IMG/VR virus record: IMGVR_UViG_3300031867_004305
Span: 64,001-128,000 of that record
Length of the DNA: 64,000 nt
Direction: 5' to 3' (one strand)
Source: a virus
Lineage: Duplodnaviria > Caudoviricetes
Under the pieces are notes generated by a model. It did no database searches, had not been told where the DNA came from, and saw nothing but the letters and a program-made list of their open reading frames with translations. The translations under genes and the position numbers were made by a program. Of the stretch, positions 15,266 through 25,223 are shown one piece after another (position 1 is the first letter of the stretch; each line of letters starts with the position of its first letter).

Positions 15266-16512
15266 AAGAAGGCTTACACCTATCCGACGCCCTGACCATA
15301 GAAAAACCACAATATCAACGCGGGCGTCTTAATCTTTTGGTAGCCCAGACTGGCCAGGGCAAAACAACCGCCGCAGTCCATACTATTCCAGAACAGCTTG
15401 GCATTCAGCCGCAACGTTGCCTCATCCTTATAGATACCACAATGGGAGAAGAAGAAAAAATAGCACTTGACGAATGTCAAATGTGGGGCGAGAAGCTGGA
15501 AAAGCCCTACATCCTCAATTATCAAAAATTCGCCGCAATGGTCAAACGGGGCGAAATCACAGCTTCAATGTTTGACTATATCGCGTGCGACGAAATTCAT
15601 AATCTAATAAAATACGTAAGAATAGACGAAGCAAATATCTGGCGTCGCAATCCAGAAAGTGATAGAGAAGTCATTTGTTTACTACTCGCACACGAGTCAC
15701 TTTCTTACGTGGCCATAGATACACTTCTCCACTGGGCAGAGCTACAAGGTATATGGTGGTTTGGTCTCACAGCCACCGCGGACAGCCTAGAAAAATGGCC
15801 ACGACTTAAATCTTACATCAATGAAATTCAAATTCAAGAACAGTTAATGGCCTATGAAGTATTCCAGAAATACTCCTACACCAATGTTCATACATTACTC
15901 GAATCTAACCCAGAAGTCAAACGCCTTATCTTCGCACCTACTATAGAACTCGCAGAACAATTCGCACACGAAATCGAAGAAAAAACAGGACGCAAAGTAA
16001 TGTGTCTTTGGTCACGCAGGTCTACCAAACAAATGTCTACTACTCAATTAACCACTATAGAACATCTCCAACACCAACATAGTTATCCAGATAATATAGA
16101 TGATATTATAGCCACAGAAGCCTATGCCACAGGCTGGAACCTAATAGATGATAACGTTCAAATCGTAATCGTTCATAGCGGAAACAAAGACATCCAGATA
16201 CAATTTCCAGGGCGTAAACGAGGTGACTGGCAAATACAATATAACTATGACAGTCAAGCTGCTATAAATGAAAAACGTGTTATTCGTAAGCAGCTGGCCA
16301 GAGAAGAAGTAGCTAACACAAAATGGAATTTACCCACTGAATATCTAGACAGACGATTAACTAAAAAAGATAAAGAACAACTTATTAAAGAAATAGGGTA
16401 CCCAAAGAAATGGACTTCACTTAAAAAAGATTTGGAACCATTCTATACAATTACACAAACTGGGACAGGAATAAACTACGGACATATAATTTCAGAAAAG
16501 TCAAATATTTGA
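15262..16512 (+). CDS. SF2 (DExH-box) helicase-like protein
   Basis: AQTGQGKT Walker A, DEIH Walker B, GLTAT motif III, QFPGRKR motif VI. Confidence 0.85.
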   Translation: MKEGLHLSDALTIEKPQYQRGRLNLLVAQTGQGKTTAAVHTIPEQLGIQPQRCLILIDTTMGEEEKIALDECQMWGEKLEKPYILNYQKFAAMVKRGEITASMFDYIACDEIHNLIKYVRIDEANIWRRNPESDREVICLLLAHESLSYVAIDTLLHWAELQGIWWFGLTATADSLEKWPRLKSYINEIQIQEQLMAYEVFQKYSYTNVHTLLESNPEVKRLIFAPTIELAEQFAHEIEEKTGRKVMCLWSRRSTKQMSTTQLTTIEHLQHQHSYPDNIDDIIATEAYATGWNLIDDNVQIVIVHSGNKDIQIQFPGRKRGDWQIQYNYDSQAAINEKRVIRKQLAREEVANTKWNLPTEYLDRRLTKKDKEQLIKEIGYPKKWTSLKKDLEPFYTITQTGTGINYGHIISEKSNI

Positions 16513-16659
16513 CTGGTAGTAAAAATCACTTGAAAAAAAACGGGTCCGGGGGTGTATACTATACCCCCGGACTCAAATTTTTTCAAATCTTTAAATGGTA
16601 GTGTTTGCTTGGAAATAAGGTAAAAACTATTTTTTAATTTTAAAAGTCAAATATTTGAC
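16500..16659. repeat. Long imperfect palindrome flanked by two GTCAAATATTTGAC palindromes
   Basis: GTCCGGGGGTGTA..TATACCCCCGGAC centred ~16558; 14-bp palindromes at 16500 and 16646. Confidence 0.75.
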
Positions 16660-16977
16660 AAAAGTGGAAATTTGGCGCACTACCATCTACTCTACCTACC
16701 ATTTCTCCCCTACCTTTCCTACCCTACCGAAATTTTTCCTACCAAATTTTTCGTGTCCTGCCAATTGCCCCGTCCTACTCCCTACTTATTACCATACCTA
16801 CATCCTTCCTATCTTTTGTTTACTAGGATGTACCCTTCTGGAAACCTACCCACTTTCTTTTTCTTCTCGTTGAAAAGGAATTTACGCGGCTTTGGTAAGT
16901 TTCAATAAATAGTTTTATTCAAACTTGACAATTCACGCAATTCATAGTATAATAAAAGAAAAAAGGAGTAAATAATT

Positions 16978-17211
16978 ATGGCTTTCAACGCACTCGCAAT
17001 GGCACACATCACCAAGCAATATCGAGCTGACATGCTCACCTATTGGCAAAAGCTCGTAAAGAACATTGAGTGGTCAGCATACCACGGTTATGATTACTAT
17101 GTGCTTGACCCTCATGAGTGGCAACATATAGACAGGTTGCGTGAATATGGGTTTGAAGTTGTATATGATGATGTTTCGCATCAAGATGTTGTAAGATGGG
17201 ATAATGTATAG
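16978..17211 (+). CDS. Small protein, paralog family C
   Basis: Promoter 16925, AAGGAG RBS; GF.V...V.W C-terminus. Confidence 0.75.
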   Translation: MAFNALAMAHITKQYRADMLTYWQKLVKNIEWSAYHGYDYYVLDPHEWQHIDRLREYGFEVVYDDVSHQDVVRWDNV

Positions 17212-17217
17212 TATAAC

Positions 17218-17552
17218 TGGAATTTCATTTTCATTTCAATTTCATTTCTAGAACTGGAATTTCATTTTCATTTTCCCTAAAACATGCGGTTGGAATTTCA
17301 ATTTCATTTTCTCCCGCAATTTCATTTTGGAATTTCATTTTCATTTATCCTGAAACTTTGCCCCTATAATTTCATTTTCAAATGCCCCTTAACCTACCCG
17401 CTACAATTTCATTTTCATTTCTCCCATAATAATGGAAATGGAATTTCATTTTCATTTCTCCCTATACTAGGCCGTCGCGTTGCGACGGCTCGTGGTCCCA
17501 ACTTTTTCGCTACGCGAAAAAGTTGGAATCCACGGAATTTCATTTTCATTTG
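17218..17552 (+). repeat. Array of (GG)AATTTCATTTTCATTT repeats with two GC hairpins
   Basis: About 8 copies; hairpins at ~17471-17491 and ~17496-17527. Confidence 0.8.
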
Positions 17553-17632
17553 AAAGGAGATGTGCGGCCGCAACTACTACATTTGACTTTCCCAAAATTC
17601 CATGGTATAATTAAAAAAAAGGAGAGAAAAAT

Positions 17633-17914
17633 ATGACAGGTGAAGAATTCAATAATGTATTAAAAGATTTTAGTATGATAGCAACCAACGATGAAATTTG
17701 TGCGGCAGAAGCCAATGAAATCGCAATGGAAGCAATAGCATCAATAGAACGTCCCGTTGTTATGCGACGAATACGTGAGGCCGCAAATCAAGGCAAGTTT
17801 CAAACTTTTATTGATTGGGTATCAACCGATACAATTGAGTGGCTAGAACAAGAATTAGGATTTGAAACTGAATCGTGTGGTGGAGGAAGAATAGTAAAAT
17901 GGAGAAGAGTGTAA
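17633..17914 (+). CDS. Small protein, paralog family C
   Basis: IREAANQGKF...LGF...W. Confidence 0.75.
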   Translation: MTGEEFNNVLKDFSMIATNDEICAAEANEIAMEAIASIERPVVMRRIREAANQGKFQTFIDWVSTDTIEWLEQELGFETESCGGGRIVKWRRV

Positions 17915-18192
17915 TTAAATTTTGTGCCGAAGGTATGCGTGAACTTACTACCAAATCTCAACGCTCATTAGAAAATAAAGAATTTGAAAATGCCAAGGAT
18001 AAAATTATTGCGGCCGCGCAACAAGGACGTTATTCCCTACTTTTAACCCTGGAGTGTCCTGTTACAATTAAAAATTTACAAGCATTAGGTTTTGAAGTTC
18101 GTTATGCTACTGACATACCCATCACAGCATATGCGTCTGGTAAAATTCTAAATTACTATGATGTAAGTTGGCTTGACAAGCCAACATTTTAA
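17899..18192 (+). CDS. Small protein, paralog family C
   Basis: IIAAAQQGRY...LGFEV...VSW. Confidence 0.75.
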   Translation: MEKSVIKFCAEGMRELTTKSQRSLENKEFENAKDKIIAAAQQGRYSLLLTLECPVTIKNLQALGFEVRYATDIPITAYASGKILNYYDVSWLDKPTF

Positions 18193-18280
18193 AGTAGTAT
18201 CCCAATGAAAAATTTCTAAATGAAATAAAAAGTCATAAAATTGTGGATGATAGAATACTTAATTTATGGAGGAAAGATAA

Positions 18281-18478
18281 ATGGATATTAGACAAGAATT
18301 ACAAAAAGCCATAGAATTAGGTGTTTCTATTAGTTTTATTGCTAGGAAAATTAATAAAGACCCCTCAACATTAAATAAATGGCTTCATGGCACTAAAAAT
18401 GTTTCATTAGAAGTAGAAAAGGCAGTCCAAGAAACATTAATAGAACTTAAAGAAGCGTGGATGAATATTATGTCATAG
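18281..18478 (+). CDS. XRE-type HTH protein
   Basis: SISFIARKINKDPSTLNKWLHG; paralog of 27323. Confidence 0.75.
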   Translation: MDIRQELQKAIELGVSISFIARKINKDPSTLNKWLHGTKNVSLEVEKAVQETLIELKEAWMNIMS

Positions 18479-18513
18479 TTATCCACAATTCTTTGGATTG
18501 TGGAGGAATAATT

Positions 18514-19434
18514 ATGAAAAGTTTAGATTTAGTAGGACAAAAATTTAATTATTTAACTGTATTAGAGCGAGACTATGAATATCAAAAAGCAAAAAATTCA
18601 GATAAAGTCTTTTGGAAATGTCGATGTAAATGTGGAAATATAACCCATGTTATAACCAATCATTTAACTTCTGGCAAAGTAAAATCTTGTGGTTGCTATA
18701 AAAAAGAAGTTATACATAACAATCATAGTCATAAATTATTAGGTCAAAGATTTGGTCGATTACTAGTAATTGAAGAAACCAATAAAAGAAAGTATGGAGA
18801 TATTGTATGGAAATGTAAATGTGATTGTGGTAATATAAAAGAAATAACGACACGTAATCTTATTTCCGGCGATACAGTTTCTTGCGGCTGCTATCATAAT
18901 GAATTATGGAAAAAACAAATTACTAATGATAAAATAGGAAAAATTTATGGTAAACTTACAGTTTTAGAAAAAACTAACAAAACAGTCGCAGGTGATTGGA
19001 TTTGGAAATGTAAATGCGAATGTGGTAGTATTGTAGAAGTATCATCCGCTTCCTTACAAAGCGGCCATACAATTTCATGCGGATGTATCAAATCAAAAGG
19101 TGAAGAAAAAATAAGTCAAATATTAAATCAAAATCAAATTCCATTTGAAAAACAAAAAACCTTTAATACTTGTATTTTCCCAAAAACTAACGCCCTATTA
19201 TTTTTTGATTTTTATATTGATAATAAATTTTTATTAGAATATGACGGTATACAACATTTTGAACCAATTGGTGGATGGAATACAGAAGAGAGTGTTCAAC
19301 AAACACAATTAAGAGATAACTACAAAAATCAATGGGCGAAAGAAAATAATATTCCATTAAAAAGAATTCCATATTGGAAATTAAATGATTTAACAATAGA
19401 AGATATTATGTCTGATGAATATTTAATAACTTGA
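18514..19434 (+). CDS. Putative homing endonuclease (three Cys-rich repeats + Vsr/DUF559-like nuclease domain)
   Basis: G.KF..LTV...WKCxCxCG...SCGC repeats; FDFY...LEYDGIQH. Confidence 0.75.
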   Translation: MKSLDLVGQKFNYLTVLERDYEYQKAKNSDKVFWKCRCKCGNITHVITNHLTSGKVKSCGCYKKEVIHNNHSHKLLGQRFGRLLVIEETNKRKYGDIVWKCKCDCGNIKEITTRNLISGDTVSCGCYHNELWKKQITNDKIGKIYGKLTVLEKTNKTVAGDWIWKCKCECGSIVEVSSASLQSGHTISCGCIKSKGEEKISQILNQNQIPFEKQKTFNTCIFPKTNALLFFDFYIDNKFLLEYDGIQHFEPIGGWNTEESVQQTQLRDNYKNQWAKENNIPLKRIPYWKLNDLTIEDIMSDEYLIT

Positions 19435-19481
19435 CAAATTATTAAAATTATAATATAATATATACAGAAAGGAGAGAAAGT

Positions 19482-20627
19482 ATGGAACTTTTGAATTATA
19501 TTAACTCTCATGAAAATTGGGAACAAGAACTTTCTCAGATGCCATATTCACTTAAAATTTCTCACAATGGCCCTTATGTACTTTTTAAGTATCAGCAATT
19601 TCTTTCTGATATGGGTCTACGTATCTGTCAAGAAGCACGTGGTGCTATTTTTCGCAAGGATGAAGAAGGCCATTATGTGCCTATTTCTGTTGCTCTGTGG
19701 AAGTTCTTCAATGCGACCGAACCTTATGCTGATACTGACATACTAGATTGGAATAGTGCCATTATCAGTGAAAAAGTTGATGGTAGTCTTTGCCGCCTAG
19801 CCTACGACCATTACGATAAGATTTGGCTTTTGTCTAGCAATGGTACTATTTTTGCACGCGATGTAGACGCAGGAAATACCAATTTTGAAGAAATCTTTAT
19901 CCACATTTTAGGCGGCAAAAAGAAATACGAAGAACTATTAGAAAAGTTGAATAAAGATTATTGTTATTTCTTTGAAATGGTCTCTCCTTATAATGTAATT
20001 TGTATTCATTATAATGAACCTGCTATTTACTATCTGGGCCGTCGTAATATGATTACTATGAAAGAAGATGACTATGTATTGAAGTTTGATAATATCAAGC
20101 ATCCTAAGACATATAAGTTATTTTCTTTGAGTGATTGTACTCGTGCGGCCGAAGAGTACAAAAACGATTTTGAGGGATTTGTAGTGCGTGATGCAGAATG
20201 GCATCGTGTAAAAATCAAAACTCCTTGGTATATTGCCATCCACAAAATGCGTGGTAATGGCCCGCTGACTGTTCTGCGTGTGGTAGAAATGTTTCAGGCT
20301 GGAACTCTTGATGATTTTGTTGCTTACTATCCCGAGTTTAAGGATTTCACTGATGATGTGGTTCAGCGTATTCGCTACTACATTGAAGTGTGTGATACTG
20401 CGTTCAAGGTAGTTATTAGTGTTGTAGGAGCAATGGGTGAGCGTCGTGATTTTGCTATGTATGCGAACACCTATATGCCTATCGTGCGTTCTTTCCTATA
20501 CGCACGGCTAGATGAAAAGGTGAAGGATGGTAGCGATTACCTGATGAATATGCGTGCACGCACTCTGGCTTCTTACATTATGGCAGAAATGGAAACGACC
20601 AAGATTGGAGCAGTAGAAGATGAATAG
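19482..20627 (+). CDS. RNA ligase (T4 Rnl1-like)
   Basis: EARG, KFFN, EKVDGS (motif I), FEMVSP, EGFVV, KIK motifs. Confidence 0.85.
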   Translation: MELLNYINSHENWEQELSQMPYSLKISHNGPYVLFKYQQFLSDMGLRICQEARGAIFRKDEEGHYVPISVALWKFFNATEPYADTDILDWNSAIISEKVDGSLCRLAYDHYDKIWLLSSNGTIFARDVDAGNTNFEEIFIHILGGKKKYEELLEKLNKDYCYFFEMVSPYNVICIHYNEPAIYYLGRRNMITMKEDDYVLKFDNIKHPKTYKLFSLSDCTRAAEEYKNDFEGFVVRDAEWHRVKIKTPWYIAIHKMRGNGPLTVLRVVEMFQAGTLDDFVAYYPEFKDFTDDVVQRIRYYIEVCDTAFKVVISVVGAMGERRDFAMYANTYMPIVRSFLYARLDEKVKDGSDYLMNMRARTLASYIMAEMETTKIGAVEDE

Positions 20628-20880
20628 AGCATGTGAAAGATATTTTCAAGAAGATATTTTAGAGCCCGATAACACTACTGTGCGACAAGCATATTATGCT
20701 GGTTTTCGCCGTGCCTATAATCTAACAGGCAGACAGGCAGAATGGAAGCGTGTGGATAATATGGCAGTTTGTACTAACTGCAATTGTGCTGTAGATAAAT
20801 ATATTAGTATCCATTATGACTTCTGCCCGCGATGCGGTATGAGAATGTGGGAACATAACAATGAAAAGGAAAAAGTATAA
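20620..20880 (+). CDS. Zn-ribbon protein
   Basis: CTNC...CPRCG. Confidence 0.7.
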   Translation: MNRACERYFQEDILEPDNTTVRQAYYAGFRRAYNLTGRQAEWKRVDNMAVCTNCNCAVDKYISIHYDFCPRCGMRMWEHNNEKEKV

Positions 20881-21371
20881 TGACTAATACAAAGAAAATT
20901 ACTTTTACTGCCATTGGAATTGCCTTGTATGTCGTGTTAAGTATGAGTATGAAGATACCGCTTATCGCACATATCAGTCTTGATTTAGGCTATATTGCTT
21001 TTGCACTTTATTGTTATCATTTCGGTACAATTTCTGGAATGATTGTCGGCGGAGTTGGATGCGTTTTAATTTCCCTAATTACTACCGGTTGGTTCCCGCC
21101 AGGATGGTTTCTTGGTAATTTAGTTATTGGTTTAATTTGCGGCTGCCTTTATAGGCATAATGCTACTATTAATAACATTATTATTACTATCATTGCGGTA
21201 GCGATTGGCATTTTAGGAATTAAAACAGTAATAGAATGTAAACTATATGGTATCCCTTATGCTGTAAAGATTCCAAAGAATGCTATTGCTTTTATTACTG
21301 ATGCGATTGTAATGAGTGCAGGTACTTTATTCGCACGAAATAAAACAATTGAGAGGATTTGCCATGAATAA
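20880..21371 (+). CDS. ECF transporter S component
   Basis: KITFTAIGIALYVVL..ISLDLG..G...G pattern; 5-6 TM helices. Confidence 0.75.
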   Translation: MTNTKKITFTAIGIALYVVLSMSMKIPLIAHISLDLGYIAFALYCYHFGTISGMIVGGVGCVLISLITTGWFPPGWFLGNLVIGLICGCLYRHNATINNIIITIIAVAIGILGIKTVIECKLYGIPYAVKIPKNAIAFITDAIVMSAGTLFARNKTIERICHE

Positions 21372-21552
21372 AGTTGTAGAAATCCTTATGCGGCGAGACG
21401 GCATCACACAGAATGAGGCCGAAAATCTTGTTGATGAATGCAGGGAAGAAATGGAACAAGCTATTGCGTACGGCCGCTACTTTGAAGCAGAGGATATTCT
21501 TGCTTCTTATTTGGGACTAGAACCAGATTATGTGTTTGATATTTTGATGTAG
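21364..21552 (+). CDS. Hypothetical protein
   Basis: GAGAGG RBS; ILMRRDG...LGLEPDY. Confidence 0.75.
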   Translation: MNKVVEILMRRDGITQNEAENLVDECREEMEQAIAYGRYFEAEDILASYLGLEPDYVFDILM

Positions 21553-21561
21553 GAGATACAA

Positions 21562-21858
21562 ATGAAGAAGATTATTATATTTATTTTGCTTTGCGTGCTA
21601 GCCTTCTCTCTATGTGCTTGCGGCAACACCACTACTACGTTTGATGGCAACAAACCAGCCCTTAGTGATAAGTTTGCTGTTATTAGATTGGATAGTGAAG
21701 GTTTCCTCGGTGATAAGATTGAATACATCTATGATAAGGAAACAAAGATTGTATATATGTATCTTTGGGGTGGCTATCACGCTGCACTTTCTCCTTACTA
21801 TATAGTGGTAGACGGAGAACCTACTGTTGCTATCTATGGCGTAAATTATGGAGGATAA
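21562..21858 (+). CDS. Putative lipoprotein
   Basis: Signal peptide with LCAC lipobox. Confidence 0.75.
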   Translation: MKKIIIFILLCVLAFSLCACGNTTTTFDGNKPALSDKFAVIRLDSEGFLGDKIEYIYDKETKIVYMYLWGGYHAALSPYYIVVDGEPTVAIYGVNYGG

Positions 21859-22285
21859 TATGAGTATTAGAGATAGAATTATCAAGTTTTTCGGCGGCTA
21901 TACGTTACAAGAATACTTTAAGTTTACTGATAGTATTACTAAGAGTAGTGCTTCTTTGGTAGACGAATTAAATGCTATTCAAAAACAAGTATCAAAACTA
22001 GATAGTTATGTTAATGGCTTAGAAAAGGCTATTGATAGTGCGAAAAATATGGATGTATGTGTAGTTACTCGCACAGAAAAGCCTATCATTTCTCTTGAAG
22101 TATCTAAAGTTTTGCCGCAAATAGAATATAATGATTTAGAGTTGGAAGATTATGTTAGAGGCGATATTGCACGCGAAGTCGGTATGAAAATGCTAGAACA
22201 AAATTTAATTACTTTTGCTATCACACCAGATGACACGTATGATAATTACACTATTCATGCGAAGGCAAAGGTAGTAGGACCATAA
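21848..22285 (+). CDS. Hypothetical protein
   Basis: ORF in operon (start may be 21860). Confidence 0.7.
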   Translation: MEDNMSIRDRIIKFFGGYTLQEYFKFTDSITKSSASLVDELNAIQKQVSKLDSYVNGLEKAIDSAKNMDVCVVTRTEKPIISLEVSKVLPQIEYNDLELEDYVRGDIAREVGMKMLEQNLITFAITPDDTYDNYTIHAKAKVVGP

Positions 22286-22362
22286 GACTAAACCTTTTGG
22301 TATAGTCTTATTTTTTGACTTTTATCAAAATTTATGATATAATAAAACAAAAGGAGAGGATA

Positions 22363-22575
22363 ATGATGGAAGAAATCTTATCGCGTATTTATGATCTTAT
22401 TCATATTGCTTCTCGTGCGAAAAAGAATTCGGTAAATGTTTCCGTACCAAATGATTGTCTAGATGGTGTTCTTTTTGATTTATATGATTGCCATTATCAT
22501 ATTAAAGTGGCAGGGTATGATGAAGCACTACAAGAGGTATTCTTAACTATTTCTTGGGAGGAAGATTATGAGTAA
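22363..22575 (+). CDS. Small protein, possibly family C
   Basis: Promoter 22315, AAGGAG RBS; ends LTISW. Confidence 0.7.
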   Translation: MMEEILSRIYDLIHIASRAKKNSVNVSVPNDCLDGVLFDLYDCHYHIKVAGYDEALQEVFLTISWEEDYE

Positions 22576-22858
22576 TTTTTGGACTGCAGCCGAAGCACGT
22601 GAACATTCTCTTTTTGCCCTCAATCTTGAAGCACAGCAACAGCAACAAGTTCTTGATGAAATTAAACATAACATAGAAACTAACGCGGCGAAAGGACAAT
22701 TTTGCTGTTATTACCATTGCCCTATCCATATGGCAGAATGGGCAAAAGAATTTCTAGAAAGCAAGTGTTTTAAAGTAACTGATTTTAAACATTTAAATGG
22801 TATAGAAACTATTTTCTACATTGACTGGAGTATAAAAAAGAATGATAGCACTAGATAG
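22568..22858 (+). CDS. Small protein, paralog family C
   Basis: TAAEARE...AAKGQF...FKV...IDW. Confidence 0.75.
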   Translation: MSNFWTAAEAREHSLFALNLEAQQQQQVLDEIKHNIETNAAKGQFCCYYHCPIHMAEWAKEFLESKCFKVTDFKHLNGIETIFYIDWSIKKNDSTR

Positions 22859-23114
22859 AGAAATGCCTAAAACTTGTTTGGAGTGCCCTTGTCTTCAAAC
22901 TTATATTATTCCTGACGATAACGCAGATACAGAAGCTTGGATACGTTTTTGTGCGGCTAATAATTATACGCTGTACCATACTACTGCGGAAGAGTATTAT
23001 GCTAGTGAAAAAGTAAGAGAAGAATGGGTTCACTTTCCTAAATTTGAAGTATGTCCTTGGGTAGAAGTAGGAAATGCTGGTTTAAAATGGACTATAACTA
23101 TTCCTGAAGGGTGA
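22842..23114 (+). CDS. Cys-containing hypothetical protein
   Basis: MPKTCLECP...CP. Confidence 0.7.
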   Translation: MIALDREMPKTCLECPCLQTYIIPDDNADTEAWIRFCAANNYTLYHTTAEEYYASEKVREEWVHFPKFEVCPWVEVGNAGLKWTITIPEG

Positions 23115-23120
23115 AATATA

Positions 23121-23534
23121 ATGACTGGACAAGAAAAGGTTTACAATGATTTTTGTAATTGTGTTGCGTTTCCAAAACAGTGTGAGAAATGTACATTAAA
23201 AAATCGTTGTGATTTTAAAAAATATGGTAAGGCTGAAATTCCGCTCAATCTTGCTGTAAATGTAATGTTTTTACTTAAAACGATGCTACAAGCAGAAACT
23301 GAATATCGTATTCCTAAGAAAGTTACGCACACCGCCACCATATATAAATGCTGTACTTGTCCTTCTTGCGGAAATGTTGTAGATAGATTTGATACATTAT
23401 TTGGACAAAAAGTACGTGTTTTAAAAGCATATTGTGAGTATTGCGGCCAAGCACTTGATTGGACAGATGTAGAAAATAATGAAGGAGAGAACATTAATGA
23501 CGTTACGGAATTGTCCACTTTGCGGTGGAGCTGA
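23121..23534 (+). CDS. Zn-ribbon protein
   Basis: CPSCG...CEYCGQALDW. Confidence 0.7.
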   Translation: MTGQEKVYNDFCNCVAFPKQCEKCTLKNRCDFKKYGKAEIPLNLAVNVMFLLKTMLQAETEYRIPKKVTHTATIYKCCTCPSCGNVVDRFDTLFGQKVRVLKAYCEYCGQALDWTDVENNEGENINDVTELSTLRWS

Positions 23535-23736
23535 TTTACATTTCTTTGAAGCAGGTCTTGCTCGTCGTGACGCAAATGATATGTGGTTTACTGAACGCAC
23601 AGAAAAATTTATTGAATGTAATACTTGCGGTCACGAAGCTTCTGGTTGGAGTGAAGAAGAAGCCATAGAAGAATGGAATACAACAGAACCCTATGATTGG
23701 GAAATAAAGTGGTGGAAAAATAAATGTGGTATGTAA
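23497..23736 (+). CDS. Lar-family restriction alleviation-like protein
   Basis: LRNCPLCGG...CNTCG...EEEAIEEWN. Confidence 0.7.
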   Translation: MTLRNCPLCGGADLHFFEAGLARRDANDMWFTERTEKFIECNTCGHEASGWSEEEAIEEWNTTEPYDWEIKWWKNKCGM

Positions 23737-24011
23737 AAAAGAAAATACCAGTTCAAGCAGTCCAAATACCTGAAAATGATTTTGTAAAAGAAGGGACGAA
23801 CTGGTTACGTGATAAAGCACCCCAGTGGCTAATTGATAATTGTGCCCTGGGGACTGTGTATTATTCAGAAGAAGGAATGGTTGTTTCTACCTTAGAGGGC
23901 GATATGCTTTGTCCTTGGGGTAGTTATATGATTTGCGGAGTTAAAGGTGAATTATATCCTTGCCGCCGCGATGTATTTGAAGAAACTTATGAACCGATAG
24001 AGAAACGATGA
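23724..24011 (+). CDS. PGDYG-like phage protein
   Basis: TLEG.M....G.Y.I.GVKGELYPC..DVFEETY. Confidence 0.75.
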   Translation: MWYVKKKIPVQAVQIPENDFVKEGTNWLRDKAPQWLIDNCALGTVYYSEEGMVVSTLEGDMLCPWGSYMICGVKGELYPCRRDVFEETYEPIEKR

Positions 24012-24243
24012 ATAAAATTACAATAACAGACATAACAATTCCAAATAAGGAGAAAGAAATTGCGATTACACATGCAATTCTTATTATAGAAGATTATGAT
24101 TACACATTTAGTAAAGAAACCAAGTGGCTATGTATGCCACAATTGCCGCATGAAACAGCAGGAAATTAAAGATACCTGCTGGTTTTGTGGTTATTTTTTC
24201 TCTAACTATGAAGTTGTGATGTTGGAGAATTATAAGGAACAAC

Positions 24244-24612
24244 ATGAAAACTAATAAAGGAACCGATTTAGAAGTAGCAATACATGGCGGTATATACGCT
24301 ATTATGGTAGACAAAAAGCCTATTTATATAGGATATACTATGAGGCCATTTCCAGAAAGATTTCAAGAACACAAAGAACGTATTGCGGGATTAGCATATC
24401 CAAATATTTCTCTGTATGAAAATATGACTGAATATGAAAAGAAAAATTATTATTTTTCTATTTTATTTGATGTAGAAAAGGTAAAATATCAAAGAAAAAT
24501 GAATGGCCCTTTCAATCGCAGAGAGCTAAAATGTATTGAATGTGCTTTTATTTATGCTTTGAAGCCGAAATATAATATAGATGGACTTATTAAACCTTAT
24601 TCATTTTTATAA
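24244..24612 (+). CDS. GIY-YIG-like nuclease
   Basis: GIY...YIG..RF.EH...E...KPKYN. Confidence 0.7.
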   Translation: MKTNKGTDLEVAIHGGIYAIMVDKKPIYIGYTMRPFPERFQEHKERIAGLAYPNISLYENMTEYEKKNYYFSILFDVEKVKYQRKMNGPFNRRELKCIECAFIYALKPKYNIDGLIKPYSFL

Positions 24613-24655
24613 GGTATTAGGAATCGCGGCAAAGCCGCGAATTTTGGGGGATAAA

Positions 24656-24865
24656 ATGATTAAAGCAAAGGAATTTTCTAATGCTGGTGAACTTCAACAT
24701 ATTATTAATACTCACAATATAAAAAGAGAAGACATTATTGATATAAAATGGGCAGCGACTAGTCATTGCAGTACTTATGGTTTGCTAGTCTATGAATTAC
24801 CAATAGAACCATCTGTAAATGATATTCCTGTTCCAGATTTTATCTATTCAGAATTTGGACTCTAA
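24656..24865 (+). CDS. Hypothetical protein
   Basis: GGGGG RBS then ATG. Confidence 0.6.
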   Translation: MIKAKEFSNAGELQHIINTHNIKREDIIDIKWAATSHCSTYGLLVYELPIEPSVNDIPVPDFIYSEFGL

Positions 24866-24932
24866 AAATATTTGACAAAATCCCCAATTTCTGCTATAAT
24901 AATTATAGTAAAGAGAGAGGGGATAATTCATT

Positions 24933-25223
24933 ATGGAGATTATGAAGGCTACCACCGCTCGTATTATGACCGTTAAAGCAATTGAAGCTAAACGTGCTCG
25001 TCTGTTAGAAAATATGAATAGTCGTATTCTTGCTACTATTTCAGCGGGACAATTTGAATGTAATTTCAGAGTAGATTCTCCTGTTCTTCAAGACGAACTC
25101 TTTGATTATTTTACTTCTCTTGGGTATGATGTAAAATTTATGCCTAATGAGAAGAATGGTCTGAAGTATTATGACCCCGATAGCCGTATTATGACTATTT
25201 CTTGGGAGGATGCTATACAGTGA
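24933..25223 (+). CDS. Small protein, paralog family C
   Basis: KATTAR...AGQF...LGYDV...TISW. Confidence 0.75.
   Translation: MEIMKATTARIMTVKAIEAKRARLLENMNSRILATISAGQFECNFRVDSPVLQDELFDYFTSLGYDVKFMPNEKNGLKYYDPDSRIMTISWEDAIQ

Noticed and set aside
16655-16908. ORFs 16655-16873 and 16672-16908
   Set aside because: Pyrimidine-rich low-complexity tract with no RBS.
17284-17553. 89-aa Phe/His-rich ORF
   Set aside because: Translation of the ATTTCATTTTC repeats.
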